NCBI GenBank assembly: GCA_029257405.1
Contig: JARIBO010000041.1
Coordinates: 11,688 to 75,687, forward strand
DNA: 64,000 nucleotides
Direction: 5' to 3'
Origin: Bacillales bacterium
GTDB lineage: Bacteria; Bacillota; Bacilli; Bacillales; Amphibacillaceae
Under the pieces are notes generated by a model. It saw nothing but the letters and a program-made list of their open reading frames with translations, did no database searches and was not told the origin of the DNA. Every line of letters begins with the position of its first letter. Positions within the stretch are counted from its first letter, which is position 1. The translations under genes and the position numbers were made by a program. Below, one piece after another: positions 20,752 through 33,291 of the stretch.

Positions 20752-22542
20752 ATGATGAGTGAAAAAATGAGTGAAAAAATGTTCGTAGGTGGATCGTTTC
20801 TAACACAGGAATTTACAGGAGAAGACGTTTTAACGCCAGAAGATTTTAACGAAGAACATAAAATGATTGCTAAAACAACAGAGGACTTTGTAAGTAAAGA
20901 AGTAGTTCCATTAGTTGATAAATTAGAAAATCATGAATTTGAACATTCAGTAAAATTACTAAAAAAAGCAGGGGATTTAGGACTATTAAGTGCAGACATC
21001 CCAGCTGAATATGGCGGACTAGAATTAGACCGCATTAGTTCATCTTTAATCACTGAAAAATTTGCTCCAGCAGGTGGTTTTTCAATTACACACGGTGCTC
21101 ACGTTGGAATTGGTACATTACCAATTGTCTTCTTTGGTAACCATGAACAAAAATCAAAATATTTACCAATACTTGCAACAGGTGAAAAAATTGCAGCTTA
21201 CGCGTTAACAGAGCCAGGTTCAGGATCTGACGCAATGGGTGCTAAAACAACAGCCGTTTTAAATGAAGCTGGAACGCATTATGTTCTAAATGGCGAAAAA
21301 CAATGGATTACTAACTCAGATTTCGCTGATGTATTCGTTGTTTATGCGAAAATTAATGGTGAAGACTTCTCAGCATTTATCGTTGAGCGTGAGTTCCCAG
21401 GTGTATCAGTAGGTCCAGAGGAAAAGAAAATGGGTATTAAGAGTTCATCAACAAGAACATTAGTTTTACAAGATGCAGAAGTACCTGTTGAAAACTTATT
21501 AGGCGAACAAGGACGCGGTCATATTATTGCGTTTAATATTTTAAACGTTGGTCGTTATAAGTTAGCAATTGGTAGTGTAGGTGGAGCTAAGCGTGGTTTA
21601 GAGTTAGCTTCAAAATATGTTAATCAACGTAAACAATTTAATACACCAATTTCAAGCTTTACATTAACACAAGAAAAGCTTGCTAATATGGCTACTGGCA
21701 TTTATGCAAATGAGAGTGCTGTTTATCGTACAGTAGGATTATTTGAACAACGTATGGGTGCGTTAACAGATGAAGAATTTAAAGATGGTCGTGAAGTAGC
21801 AGCAGCAATTGCTGAGTATCAAATTGAGTGTTCAATGAACAAATATACAGCAACTGAAATGCTTGATTATGTTGTTGATGAAGCAGTTCAATTACATGGT
21901 GGTTATGGTTTCATGGCAGAATATGAAGTTGAACGTATGTACCGTGACTCACGTATTAACCGTATTTTTGAAGGAACAAACGAAATTAACCGTTTAATCG
22001 TTCCAGGTACATTAATTAAAAAAGCAATGAAAGGTGAATTACCTCTACTTGAGCAAGCACAGGGTTTACAAGAAGAATTGCTTATGATGATGCCAGAAGA
22101 AGTAGGAACTGAAGCTTTAGATCAGGAAAGACACCTGCTTAAAAATGCGAAGAAAATTGTCTTATTGGGTGCTGGACTTGCTGCACAAAAATATATGCAA
22201 AAATTAGAAAACGAACAAGAAATATTAGCTAACTTAGCAGATATGGCAGCAGATGTATTTAATATGGAAGCAGCTATTTTAAGAACTGAAAAAGCTATTG
22301 CAAAAGATGGCGAAGCTAAGAATAATCAAAAGCTTCTTTATACACAAGTTCATACACAAGAAGCATTTAATCGTATCGAAGCAGATGCTAAAGAAATTCT
22401 AATTGCAGTTGAAGAAGGCGATAACTTACGTATGATGTTATCTTCACTACGTAAATTAACACGTCATACTCCAATTAATGTGATTGCTAAGAAACGTGAA
22501 ATTGCTAAAGCAATTATTGAAAAAGAATCATACGTTTTATAA
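20752..22542 (+). CDS. fadE: Acyl-CoA dehydrogenase, long FadE/YusJ type
   Basis: ACAD motifs (ALTEPGSGSD, QLHGGYGF) plus about 170-aa C-terminal extension. Start ambiguous among in-frame ATGs at 20746/20752/20755/20767/20779; SD AAAGGA favours 20752/20755. Confidence 0.88.
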   Translation: MMSEKMSEKMFVGGSFLTQEFTGEDVLTPEDFNEEHKMIAKTTEDFVSKEVVPLVDKLENHEFEHSVKLLKKAGDLGLLSADIPAEYGGLELDRISSSLITEKFAPAGGFSITHGAHVGIGTLPIVFFGNHEQKSKYLPILATGEKIAAYALTEPGSGSDAMGAKTTAVLNEAGTHYVLNGEKQWITNSDFADVFVVYAKINGEDFSAFIVEREFPGVSVGPEEKKMGIKSSSTRTLVLQDAEVPVENLLGEQGRGHIIAFNILNVGRYKLAIGSVGGAKRGLELASKYVNQRKQFNTPISSFTLTQEKLANMATGIYANESAVYRTVGLFEQRMGALTDEEFKDGREVAAAIAEYQIECSMNKYTATEMLDYVVDEAVQLHGGYGFMAEYEVERMYRDSRINRIFEGTNEINRLIVPGTLIKKAMKGELPLLEQAQGLQEELLMMMPEEVGTEALDQERHLLKNAKKIVLLGAGLAAQKYMQKLENEQEILANLADMAADVFNMEAAILRTEKAIAKDGEAKNNQKLLYTQVHTQEAFNRIEADAKEILIAVEEGDNLRMMLSSLRKLTRHTPINVIAKKREIAKAIIEKESYVL

Positions 22543-22560
22543 TTTGAAAAAGTAAAACGC

Positions 22561-22590
22561 AAAGACGACTAGAAATAGTCGTCTTTTTAT
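22561..22590 (+). terminator. Rho-independent terminator of fadNAE
   Basis: AAAGACGACT-N6-AGTCGTCTTT followed by TTAT. Confidence 0.8.
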
Positions 22591-22667
22591 TATTTATAGC
22601 TAAACATTCGAACAGTATCAATAAGTTTGTTATAATCAAAAATAGATAAAGACTGGGAGGCTTAATT

Positions 22668-23027
22668 ATGTCATTAACATTTTATTGGTATCCAAATTGT
22701 AGTACATGTAGAAATGCAAAAAAATGGTTAGAAGCAGAGGGAATAGATTTTAAGCCTGTTCATATAGTAGAGAATCCACCTACAAAAAAAGAAATCCAAA
22801 GTATGTTTAAAATAAGTGATTTAGAACCACGTAAATTCTTCAATACAAGTGGTAAAGTTTACCGTGAAGAAAAATTAAAAGAAGTTATTCCAACAGCAAC
22901 AGAAGATGAAATGGCGAAGTTACTATCAGAAAATGGTATGTTAATTAAACGTCCTATTTTAACAGATGGGAAGCAAGTAACTGTTGGTTTTAAAGAAGCC
23001 GATTATGAAAAAGTATGGAAACTATAA
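22668..23027 (+). CDS. yusI: ArsC/Spx-family protein (YusI-like)
   Basis: 119-aa thioredoxin-like fold with N-terminal NCSTC. Position between fadE and gcvH as in B. subtilis. Confidence 0.75.
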   Translation: MSLTFYWYPNCSTCRNAKKWLEAEGIDFKPVHIVENPPTKKEIQSMFKISDLEPRKFFNTSGKVYREEKLKEVIPTATEDEMAKLLSENGMLIKRPILTDGKQVTVGFKEADYEKVWKL

Positions 23028-23045
23028 TAATAGGAGGAATTTAAC

Positions 23046-23423
23046 TTGAGTATACCTAGTGAATTATATTATACAAAGAGTCATCAGTGGGTTAGAAATG
23101 AAGGCAGTGATTTAAGAATTGGAATAACAGAATTTGGGCAAGATGACTTAGGTAAAATTGCATTTATCGAGTTACCTGAAATAGGTGCAACAATTGAAGC
23201 AGGAGAGCCGTTTGGTAATCTAGAATCAGAAAAATCTGTTTCAGAACTTTACGCACCGGTAAGTGGAACAGTTGTTGAAGTTAATCCAAGTCTTGAATCA
23301 AACCCCGAGCTTATAAACGAATCACCTTATCAACAAGCTTGGTTAATCGTTATCGAAGCATCAGATGAAGATGAACTAGACTCATTATTGTCTGCAGAAG
23401 AATACAAAGAACATATTGAATAA
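23046..23423 (+). CDS. gcvH: Glycine cleavage system H protein (lipoyl carrier)
   Basis: Lipoyl-domain protein with the lipoyl-lysine context LESEKSVSELYAPVSG. Confidence 0.88.
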   Translation: MSIPSELYYTKSHQWVRNEGSDLRIGITEFGQDDLGKIAFIELPEIGATIEAGEPFGNLESEKSVSELYAPVSGTVVEVNPSLESNPELINESPYQQAWLIVIEASDEDELDSLLSAEEYKEHIE

Positions 23424-23442
23424 ATGAGGTAAATGATATAAA

Positions 23443-23478
23443 AAAGCTGTGAGTATTTTAATACGACAGCTTTTTAGT
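23443..23478 (+). terminator. Rho-independent terminator after gcvH
   Basis: AAAGCTGT...ACAGCTTT followed by a T-run. Confidence 0.6.
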
Positions 23479-23507
23479 CATTTTACTATTTAAAAGGATG
23501 ATTCTAG

Positions 23508-23873
23508 ATGAATGAATTCATTCAAAAGATAATAATTGTTGAAGGAAAAACAGATAAAGAACAAATAGAACCTATTTTAAATGAAGAAGTCACGATATTA
23601 TCTACACATGGCACTTTTGCTATCGAACGATTTGATTATTTATTAGATAAATATCAACTCGATGACCACGATGTCTATATATTTGTAGATGAAGATGAAT
23701 CAGGAGAAATGTTAAGAAGCGAACTTAAAAGAGAGCTTCCACAAGCAACACATATTTATACAGATCAAAACTATCAAGAAGTAGCTAGAACACCAAAAGA
23801 TATATTAGCTCAAATACTTCTTGAACATCACTTTAAAATCATTCCAATCTATTTATATTTAAAAAGAAGGTGA
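23508..23873 (+). CDS. yusF: Toprim-domain protein (YusF-like, RNase M5 paralogue)
   Basis: IIVEGKTD and FVDEDESG (Toprim E and DxD). Conserved position after gcvH. Confidence 0.65.
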   Translation: MNEFIQKIIIVEGKTDKEQIEPILNEEVTILSTHGTFAIERFDYLLDKYQLDDHDVYIFVDEDESGEMLRSELKRELPQATHIYTDQNYQEVARTPKDILAQILLEHHFKIIPIYLYLKRR

Positions 23874-24184
23874 ATTTATTGATTAAAGCTAATAAAAAAA
23901 TGTTAGAACAAGATAATTATTTACTTTATGTTGAAACACCTTTTTGTGGAACGTGTTATTTTGCAAAGAAAATATTAGAAGAAATTGAGACAAAATTTAA
24001 TAAAGAAATATTCTATGAGATTAATGCATCACTCCACCCAAGCTTTATGCAAGAAGCAAAAATTGAGAGTGTGCCATGTTTATTAATCAAAGAAGAAGGA
24101 GAAATAAAACGTCGAATATACACATTTCATTCAGTTCCATTTATGGCAAGAGAAGTATTATCACATCCGGCTTTAATTGTTTAA
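23870..24184 (+). CDS. yusE: Thioredoxin-like protein (YusE-like)
   Basis: CGTC (CxxC) motif in a roughly 100-aa thioredoxin-like fold. GTGA overlap with yusF; TTG 23879 is an alternative start. Confidence 0.6.
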   Translation: MNLLIKANKKMLEQDNYLLYVETPFCGTCYFAKKILEEIETKFNKEIFYEINASLHPSFMQEAKIESVPCLLIKEEGEIKRRIYTFHSVPFMAREVLSHPALIV

Positions 24185-24416
24185 ATAAGCTATATTGTTC
24201 TAATTGAGAATCAAAAAAATCTTAATTGAGAATGATGAATGAAATAAAGACGTAAAACTTTAATAACATAATTGTTAGAAAACTATATATAACTTGATTT
24301 TAATGATTGAAATGAGTCGAATAGGTTGATATTCACTCTAATATAGCTTAAGATTAGAATGAGAATAAAGTGAGAATAAGTGAAAAAACTTAAAATAAAT
24401 TTTGGGGGTATCGTTT

Positions 24417-25205
24417 ATGTCAGAAAAAACATTAGTAATTAAAGATTTACATGTGTCGATAGATAATACAGAAATATTAAAAGGAATTAATTTAACTATA
24501 AACGGTGGAGATTTCCACGCAGTAATGGGGCCAAACGGAACAGGGAAATCAACTCTTGCATCAGCAATCATGGGTCATCCATCATATGAAATAACACAAG
24601 GTTCAATTGAACTAAATGGTGAAGATGTATTAGAAATGGAAGTAGATGAACGTGCACGTGCAGGTCTATTTTTAGGCATGCAGTATCCAAGTGAAGTAAC
24701 AGGTGTTACAACATCTGAATTTTTACGTACATCAGTAAACGCTCGTCGTGAAGAAGGCGATGAAATTTCATTAATGAAATTTATCCGTGAAATGGATGGC
24801 GCAATGACAGACTTAGAAATTGATCCAAATATGTCTCAACGTTACCTTAACGAAGGTTTCTCAGGTGGAGAAAAGAAACGTAATGAGATTTTACAAATGA
24901 TGATGATTAAGCCAGACTTTGCAATTTTAGATGAAATTGACTCTGGATTAGATATAGATGCTTTAAAGATTGTAGCAGATGGTATTAATAAATTACGTGA
25001 AGAAAAATCATTAGGTTGTTTAGTGATTACTCACTATCAGCGCTTATTAAACTACATTGAACCAGATCATGTTCATGTGATTATGCAAGGACGTATTGTT
25101 AAATCAGGTGGACCAGAACTAGCTAAACGTCTTGAAGCAGAAGGTTACGAATGGGTAAAAGAAGAGCTTGGCATTGAAGACGTAACAGTAGGACAAAAAG
25201 CATAA
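24417..25205 (+). CDS. sufC: Fe-S cluster assembly ATPase SufC
   Basis: Walker A GPNGTGKST, FSGGEKKRNEILQM, ILDEIDSGLD. Start at ATG 24417 after GGGGG. Confidence 0.95.
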   Translation: MSEKTLVIKDLHVSIDNTEILKGINLTINGGDFHAVMGPNGTGKSTLASAIMGHPSYEITQGSIELNGEDVLEMEVDERARAGLFLGMQYPSEVTGVTTSEFLRTSVNARREEGDEISLMKFIREMDGAMTDLEIDPNMSQRYLNEGFSGGEKKRNEILQMMMIKPDFAILDEIDSGLDIDALKIVADGINKLREEKSLGCLVITHYQRLLNYIEPDHVHVIMQGRIVKSGGPELAKRLEAEGYEWVKEELGIEDVTVGQKA

Positions 25206-25227
25206 ATAGTTAGGAGGGGATCATTCA

Positions 25228-28182
<2,955 letters not shown>

Positions 28183-28213
28183 AAGCTACAAAAATATTTA
28201 AGGGGGTTTTCAC

Positions 28214-29611
28214 ATGGCTAAAAATATGCCTGAAGTAGACAATCACAAATATAATTTCCAAGATAAAGATGTTTCAGTTTTTCGTACTGAAAGAGGTCTA
28301 ACAAAAGAAATTGTTGAAGAAATCTCGGGAATGAAAAAAGAACCAAAGTGGATGCTTGAAGAACGTCTAAAAGCACTTGAAATATTTTATGATTTACCAA
28401 TGCCACAGTGGGGTGGAGATTTATCAGAATTAAATTTTGATGAAATCATTTACTATGTTAAGCCATCTGAAAAACAAAGTACCTCATGGGACGAAGTTCC
28501 TGAAGAAATTAAAGAAACATTTGATCGCTTAGGAATTCCAGAAGCTGAACAAAAGTATTTAGCAGGAGTTTCAGCGCAGTATGAATCTGAAGTTGTATAT
28601 CAGAGCTTAGAAAAAGATTTAGAAGAACTTGGAATAGTTTTCTCTGATACAGATAGTGCACTTCATAAACATGAAGATATGTTTAAAGAGTACTTTGGAA
28701 AAGTAATTCCAGCATCAGATAATAAATTCTCAGCTCTTAATACAGCAGTTTGGTCAGGTGGTTCATTCATCTACGTACCAAAAGGCGTTAAAGTAACTGC
28801 ACCACTACAAGCATATTTCAGAATTAACTCAGAAAACATGGGGCAATTTGAAAGAACGCTTATTATTGTAGATGAAGGCGCGTCAGTTCATTATGTAGAA
28901 GGGTGTACAGCACCAACATATACTACAAGCTCACTTCATAGTGCTGTTGTAGAAATTTATGTTAAAAAGGATGCTTATTGCCGTTATACAACAATTCAAA
29001 ACTGGTCAGATAACGTTTATAACTTAGTTACTAAACGTGCGACAGTTGATGAAGCAGGAACGATGGAATGGATTGATGGAAATATGGGATCTAAACTGAC
29101 AATGAAGTATCCATCAGTTATCCTTAAAGGTGATCATTCACGTGGTGTAACAATTTCAATTGCATTAGCAGGTAAAGGTCAACACCAAGATGCCGGCGCT
29201 AAAATGCACCATATTGGAAAAAATACATCATCATCGATCGTTTCAAAATCAATTTCAAAAGATGGTGGAAAAGTATCTTACCGTGGAATCGTATCATTCG
29301 GTCGTACAGCAGATGGAGCACGTTCAAACATCGAGTGTGACACGTTAATTATGGATGATATTTCAACATCAGATACAATCCCATACAATGAAATTTTAAA
29401 TGACAATGTATCACTTGAACACGAAGCAAAAGTATCAAAAGTATCTGAAGAGCAACTATTCTATCTAATGAGCCGTGGATTAGAAGAACAAGAAGCAACA
29501 GATATGATTGTTATGGGCTTCATCGAGCCATTCACACGCGAACTTCCAATGGAGTACGCTGTTGAAATGAATAGACTTATGAGCTATGAAATGGAAGGTT
29601 CGATTGGTTAA
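28214..29611 (+). CDS. sufB: Fe-S cluster assembly scaffold SufB
   Basis: 465-aa SufB. Last gene of the sufCDSUB order. Confidence 0.95.
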   Translation: MAKNMPEVDNHKYNFQDKDVSVFRTERGLTKEIVEEISGMKKEPKWMLEERLKALEIFYDLPMPQWGGDLSELNFDEIIYYVKPSEKQSTSWDEVPEEIKETFDRLGIPEAEQKYLAGVSAQYESEVVYQSLEKDLEELGIVFSDTDSALHKHEDMFKEYFGKVIPASDNKFSALNTAVWSGGSFIYVPKGVKVTAPLQAYFRINSENMGQFERTLIIVDEGASVHYVEGCTAPTYTTSSLHSAVVEIYVKKDAYCRYTTIQNWSDNVYNLVTKRATVDEAGTMEWIDGNMGSKLTMKYPSVILKGDHSRGVTISIALAGKGQHQDAGAKMHHIGKNTSSSIVSKSISKDGGKVSYRGIVSFGRTADGARSNIECDTLIMDDISTSDTIPYNEILNDNVSLEHEAKVSKVSEEQLFYLMSRGLEEQEATDMIVMGFIEPFTRELPMEYAVEMNRLMSYEMEGSIG

Positions 29612-29623
29612 TAAATAAATTAC

Positions 29624-29666
29624 AAACCACAAGTTACGATTAAATTCGTACTTGTGGTTTTTTTAT
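29624..29666 (+). terminator. Rho-independent terminator of the suf operon
   Basis: AAACCACAAGT(T)ACGA...TCGTACTTGTGGTTT followed by TTTTT. Confidence 0.8.
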
Positions 29667-29790
29667 TCATTATTTTGTCATAATATTACTAATAAAAGAG
29701 TTGTTTAAATTCGTTTTATTGAGAAGTCATTTATGGAGGACTATAATGAGTAGTGGAACTAAATGTAAAACCATAGAAAAGGTGATGTAA

Positions 29791-30552
29791 ATGAAACGTT
29801 TAGAAGAAAAAGTAGCGATTGTTACAGGTAGTGGAGCAGGAATTGGTAAAGCAATAGCTGAAACATACGCTAAAGAAGGTGCAAAAGTCGTTATTGCAGA
29901 CTTTAATGAAGCTGCACTTAATGCAACAGTTAAAGAATTATCAGATGCAGGACATGAAGCTTACGGTGTTGTTGTCAACGTTGCTAAAGAAGCAGATGTT
30001 ACAAAAATGTTTGATGAAACGATTGAAAAGTATGGTAAAGTAGATATCGTTGTAAATAACGCTGGTGTTGGGGATAATATGCAAGCAGCAGCTAATGTTG
30101 AAGATAATGTTTGGGAGCGTGTCATGTCAATTAATGTTGAAGGTGTGATGCGTATTACGCGTAAAGCTATACCTCTATTCTTAGAAAATGGTGGAGGAAC
30201 GTTTGTAAATATGGCTTCAATCTCTGGTCTAACAGGCGGACGTGGTGGTTTTACATATACAGCGGCTAAACATGCTGTTGTAGGTATGACTAAAAATGTC
30301 GCTTCTCAGTATGGACCCGATAATATTCGTTGTAACGCGATTGCTCCAGGACAGATTGAAACAGGATTTTCAGCAGCAATGGATAATATTGATCAGTTCG
30401 GTTTGAAAGCTGCAACCCGAGCAGTTAACTTAATTCCAAATGCTGGATCAGCGCAAGATATTGCAAATATTGCACTCTTTTTAGCATCGGATGAATCAGG
30501 TTATATTAATGGTGTTTCAATTACAGCAGATGCTGGTTGGAGTGCTTACTAA
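29791..30552 (+). CDS. SDR-family oxidoreductase (classical short-chain dehydrogenase)
   Basis: TGSGAGIGKA cofactor motif, NNAG, catalytic YTAAKHAV. Confidence 0.85.
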   Translation: MKRLEEKVAIVTGSGAGIGKAIAETYAKEGAKVVIADFNEAALNATVKELSDAGHEAYGVVVNVAKEADVTKMFDETIEKYGKVDIVVNNAGVGDNMQAAANVEDNVWERVMSINVEGVMRITRKAIPLFLENGGGTFVNMASISGLTGGRGGFTYTAAKHAVVGMTKNVASQYGPDNIRCNAIAPGQIETGFSAAMDNIDQFGLKAATRAVNLIPNAGSAQDIANIALFLASDESGYINGVSITADAGWSAY

Positions 30553-30570
30553 TAAAAAATAATTAAAATA

Positions 30571-30604
30571 AAAAACTGTAAACAGATGTTTACAGTTTTT
30601 TATT
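30571..30604. terminator. Bidirectional rho-independent terminator
   Basis: AAAAACTGTAAACA-GA-TGTTTACAGTTTTT between convergent genes. Confidence 0.75.
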
Positions 30605-31227
30605 TATTCTAATTCTTTTTCCATTTCATCTAGTTGATCCGGATAGACAATTTCATTAATTATTTCGTTTGTAGACTCATCTTCTACAAAAATAGTTATT
30701 TTTTCTTTCTCTAAATCTTTTCCGTTAAAAGCTTGATAATACATGCTAACCATACCGAGTGTTAAGGTGGTAAATCCATCAAAGCTATTTTCAAACGCAT
30801 CTTTTTCAACAAGCATGTTTATTTCTGTAAAATCTTTATTGTAAGTAATGTCTTTAATTGAAGCAAAATCATCATCTTCAACGATTTCCTCTATTGTATC
30901 AACAAACTCTTCTTTCATTTCTGTCATCATTTTATTATGATCTTTTTTAGACATTTTAAATGTGATAGAGCCATCATCATTTTGTATAACATCTGCATCG
31001 ACATCTTCTTTTATATCAGCTTCAATATCTGCAAACTCATCTTCTTCAAAAAGTGAAGACGGAAGCGTTACTTCAACATTAAAAATACCTTTATCAACTT
31101 CGATACCACTATCATCTTCAGTAGTATCTTTTGTTTTAGTTTGTTCATCTTTTTCAGGAGATCCACATGCCACAATAAAAATAAGTGAAAATAATATAAG
31201 TGCTAGCTTTTTTATCAAGTTACTCAT
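30604..31227 (-). CDS. Acidic lipoprotein of unknown function
   Basis: Signal peptide with lipobox IVACG. Very D/E-rich mature part with no recognisable domain. Confidence 0.6.
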   Translation of the reverse strand: MSNLIKKLALILFSLIFIVACGSPEKDEQTKTKDTTEDDSGIEVDKGIFNVEVTLPSSLFEEDEFADIEADIKEDVDADVIQNDDGSITFKMSKKDHNKMMTEMKEEFVDTIEEIVEDDDFASIKDITYNKDFTEINMLVEKDAFENSFDGFTTLTLGMVSMYYQAFNGKDLEKEKITIFVEDESTNEIINEIVYPDQLDEMEKELE

Positions 31228-31403
31228 CCTTTGATTATTATATAAGGTATATTTTACTATGCTATATTATAACAAATAAAAAAGAGTTGCTAGTAATTAT
31301 TTAAATTTACATTTAATTCTAGTTGATATAAAGAAACCTATAAATGCAAAATGCGATTTATAGGTTTAATTATTAAAACATTAATTATCTTATTTCATTG
31401 TCA

Positions 31404-31847
31404 TTATAAATTAGTTTCTACTGGATGCGGTTGATTGGGTGTTTTTCTCATAAGTCCCATAATTCCAGCGACTAAAAAGAGTAATGCAGGAATAAATCCT
31501 GTAAGCAAAGTGCCTAGTGGAATGATAACTGCAGCTACAATTGAAAAAATACTTGCAGCTCTTGAATTTTTATCACGTACGAAATAATATAAAGCAAACG
31601 TTCCAAGTACTGTACCGATTATAACAGTTAAAAGAACAACCCATCTCAAACCTATAAATATGTTTAAAAAGGTATTTATATTTTCAAGTGTCACAGGTAA
31701 AGCATCTTCTGTCATATAATCTTCTTGGAATAGATTTCTAATCTCATCAAGATTTGAAAAAAGTAAAACCGTAGAAATAAGAATAGTGCCAAGATAAGTA
31801 AAGAAAAGTGCTGTTGTTGTTAGAATAACTTCTCCAGTACGCTTCAT
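31404..31847 (-). CDS. Small 4-TM membrane protein (DUF4064-like)
   Basis: Hydrophobicity pattern plus terminator hairpin at about 31336-31372. Family assignment from memory. Confidence 0.55.
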   Translation of the reverse strand: MKRTGEVILTTTALFFTYLGTILISTVLLFSNLDEIRNLFQEDYMTEDALPVTLENINTFLNIFIGLRWVVLLTVIIGTVLGTFALYYFVRDKNSRAASIFSIVAAVIIPLGTLLTGFIPALLFLVAGIMGLMRKTPNQPHPVETNL

Positions 31848-31937
31848 AATACTCCTCCTCTAAATTAAATATATGGTATTAATGAAATTATATCAGATTA
31901 TTCAGATAATTACATTATTATAAAAATATTTGTGATA

Positions 31938-33122
31938 TTATTTATTTAACCATTTAGAGAGCGGGTATACACCAATACTTTGAAATATTAAAGATAAGAT
32001 AACAACTGAAAAGCCAATTGCTAAAATAGGATGTGAATTTGAATCAACACTGAGAGAAAGTGTTAAGAGTAAAAAAACAGATACAGTACCTTTAATTCCC
32101 GCCCAGGATATGATAACAGATTGTTTTAAATTAATATGTTCCCAGTTTGAAAAGAGTTTTAACGAACCCCCAACGATTAAAAATCTTACTAAAACAGAAA
32201 AAATAAAAATAACAATTGCATAAATCCAGTAATCATGAGCTAAGTATGGCGTTGCTTCTATTCCAATCAATAAAAAAAGTAAGCTAAGCAAGGTGGGTTC
32301 AACTACACCCCAAAATCCATCGAGTTTGTTTAAATAGTCATCAGCTTTATTTGTGTGAGTAAATTCCCAAGATAATAAAATACCGGAAGTAACAGTTGCA
32401 AGAACACCTGAAAAGCCAAAATGTTCTGCTAAATGAAAACCGCCATATGCGATAATAATACTTAACATCACTTGGTACTCGCGCTCGTTAAATAAATGAA
32501 CAGCTTTACTTAATGTCCAACCTACAATCAAACCAACAACAATACCGCCCAGCGAAACATAAAAGAATGACTTAATAAACTGAACGACTTCGAATGATTC
32601 ATTATTAATATACATATTTAAAAGTACTGAAAATAATACAATGCTTGTTCCATCATTTATCATCGATTCCCCATCCACAATATTTGCTATATCAGGACTG
32701 TCTGAAGATTTTTTTAAAACAGTTACAACTGAAACGGGATCGGTAGGAGTTAAAATTGATGCAAGCAATAAAGCACTTAAAAAAGACATACTAAAAAAAT
32801 ATAAACCAAGGTAATAGATACTAAAACCTAATAAACCAACAGTTAAAATAAGTCCAATCGTGCTTAGAAAGCCAATAATACGTCTGTGTTTATTAAGGGC
32901 CTTCGCTGAAAATTGATAAGCAGAAATGAATAAGAGCCCTGGGAGGAATATAGAGTAAATGGTGTCTTCAGTTAATTTTATTTCTTGAAAATAAGGTATA
33001 AATGATAAAACAATTCCAATAATAATTAAAATAACAGGGATAGGTAAATTCTTTTGTTTGATATCGAGAATAGAAATAAGGTAACCAATTATGAGTAAAA
33101 TGATTATATGCTCAACACTCAC
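31938..33122 (-). CDS. Cation:proton antiporter (CPA1/NhaP-type Na+/H+ exchanger), short form
   Basis: About 11 TM. LASILTPTDPVSV motif typical of Na+/H+ exchanger family TM segments. Confidence 0.75.
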   Translation of the reverse strand: MSVEHIIILLIIGYLISILDIKQKNLPIPVILIIIGIVLSFIPYFQEIKLTEDTIYSIFLPGLLFISAYQFSAKALNKHRRIIGFLSTIGLILTVGLLGFSIYYLGLYFFSMSFLSALLLASILTPTDPVSVVTVLKKSSDSPDIANIVDGESMINDGTSIVLFSVLLNMYINNESFEVVQFIKSFFYVSLGGIVVGLIVGWTLSKAVHLFNEREYQVMLSIIIAYGGFHLAEHFGFSGVLATVTSGILLSWEFTHTNKADDYLNKLDGFWGVVEPTLLSLLFLLIGIEATPYLAHDYWIYAIVIFIFSVLVRFLIVGGSLKLFSNWEHINLKQSVIISWAGIKGTVSVFLLLTLSLSVDSNSHPILAIGFSVVILSLIFQSIGVYPLSKWLNK

Positions 33123-33291
33123 TTTAAGACCTCCATTCTTCTTTAGTTACATTATATCTTAATAATAAAGATTAAAGAAAGCTAATTAATTTTAATAGAA
33201 ATTAATTTTAAAAAAAGACTTGCATTAATATACAATTAGATGTATTATTATAAATAGAGATAAACATTAAACGAAGTTGGAGATGTGACTA

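Noticed and set aside
24338-24571. 77-aa minus-strand ORF overlapping the sufC start
   Set aside because: It is antisense to the highly conserved Walker A region of sufC, with no SD and no recognisable domain.
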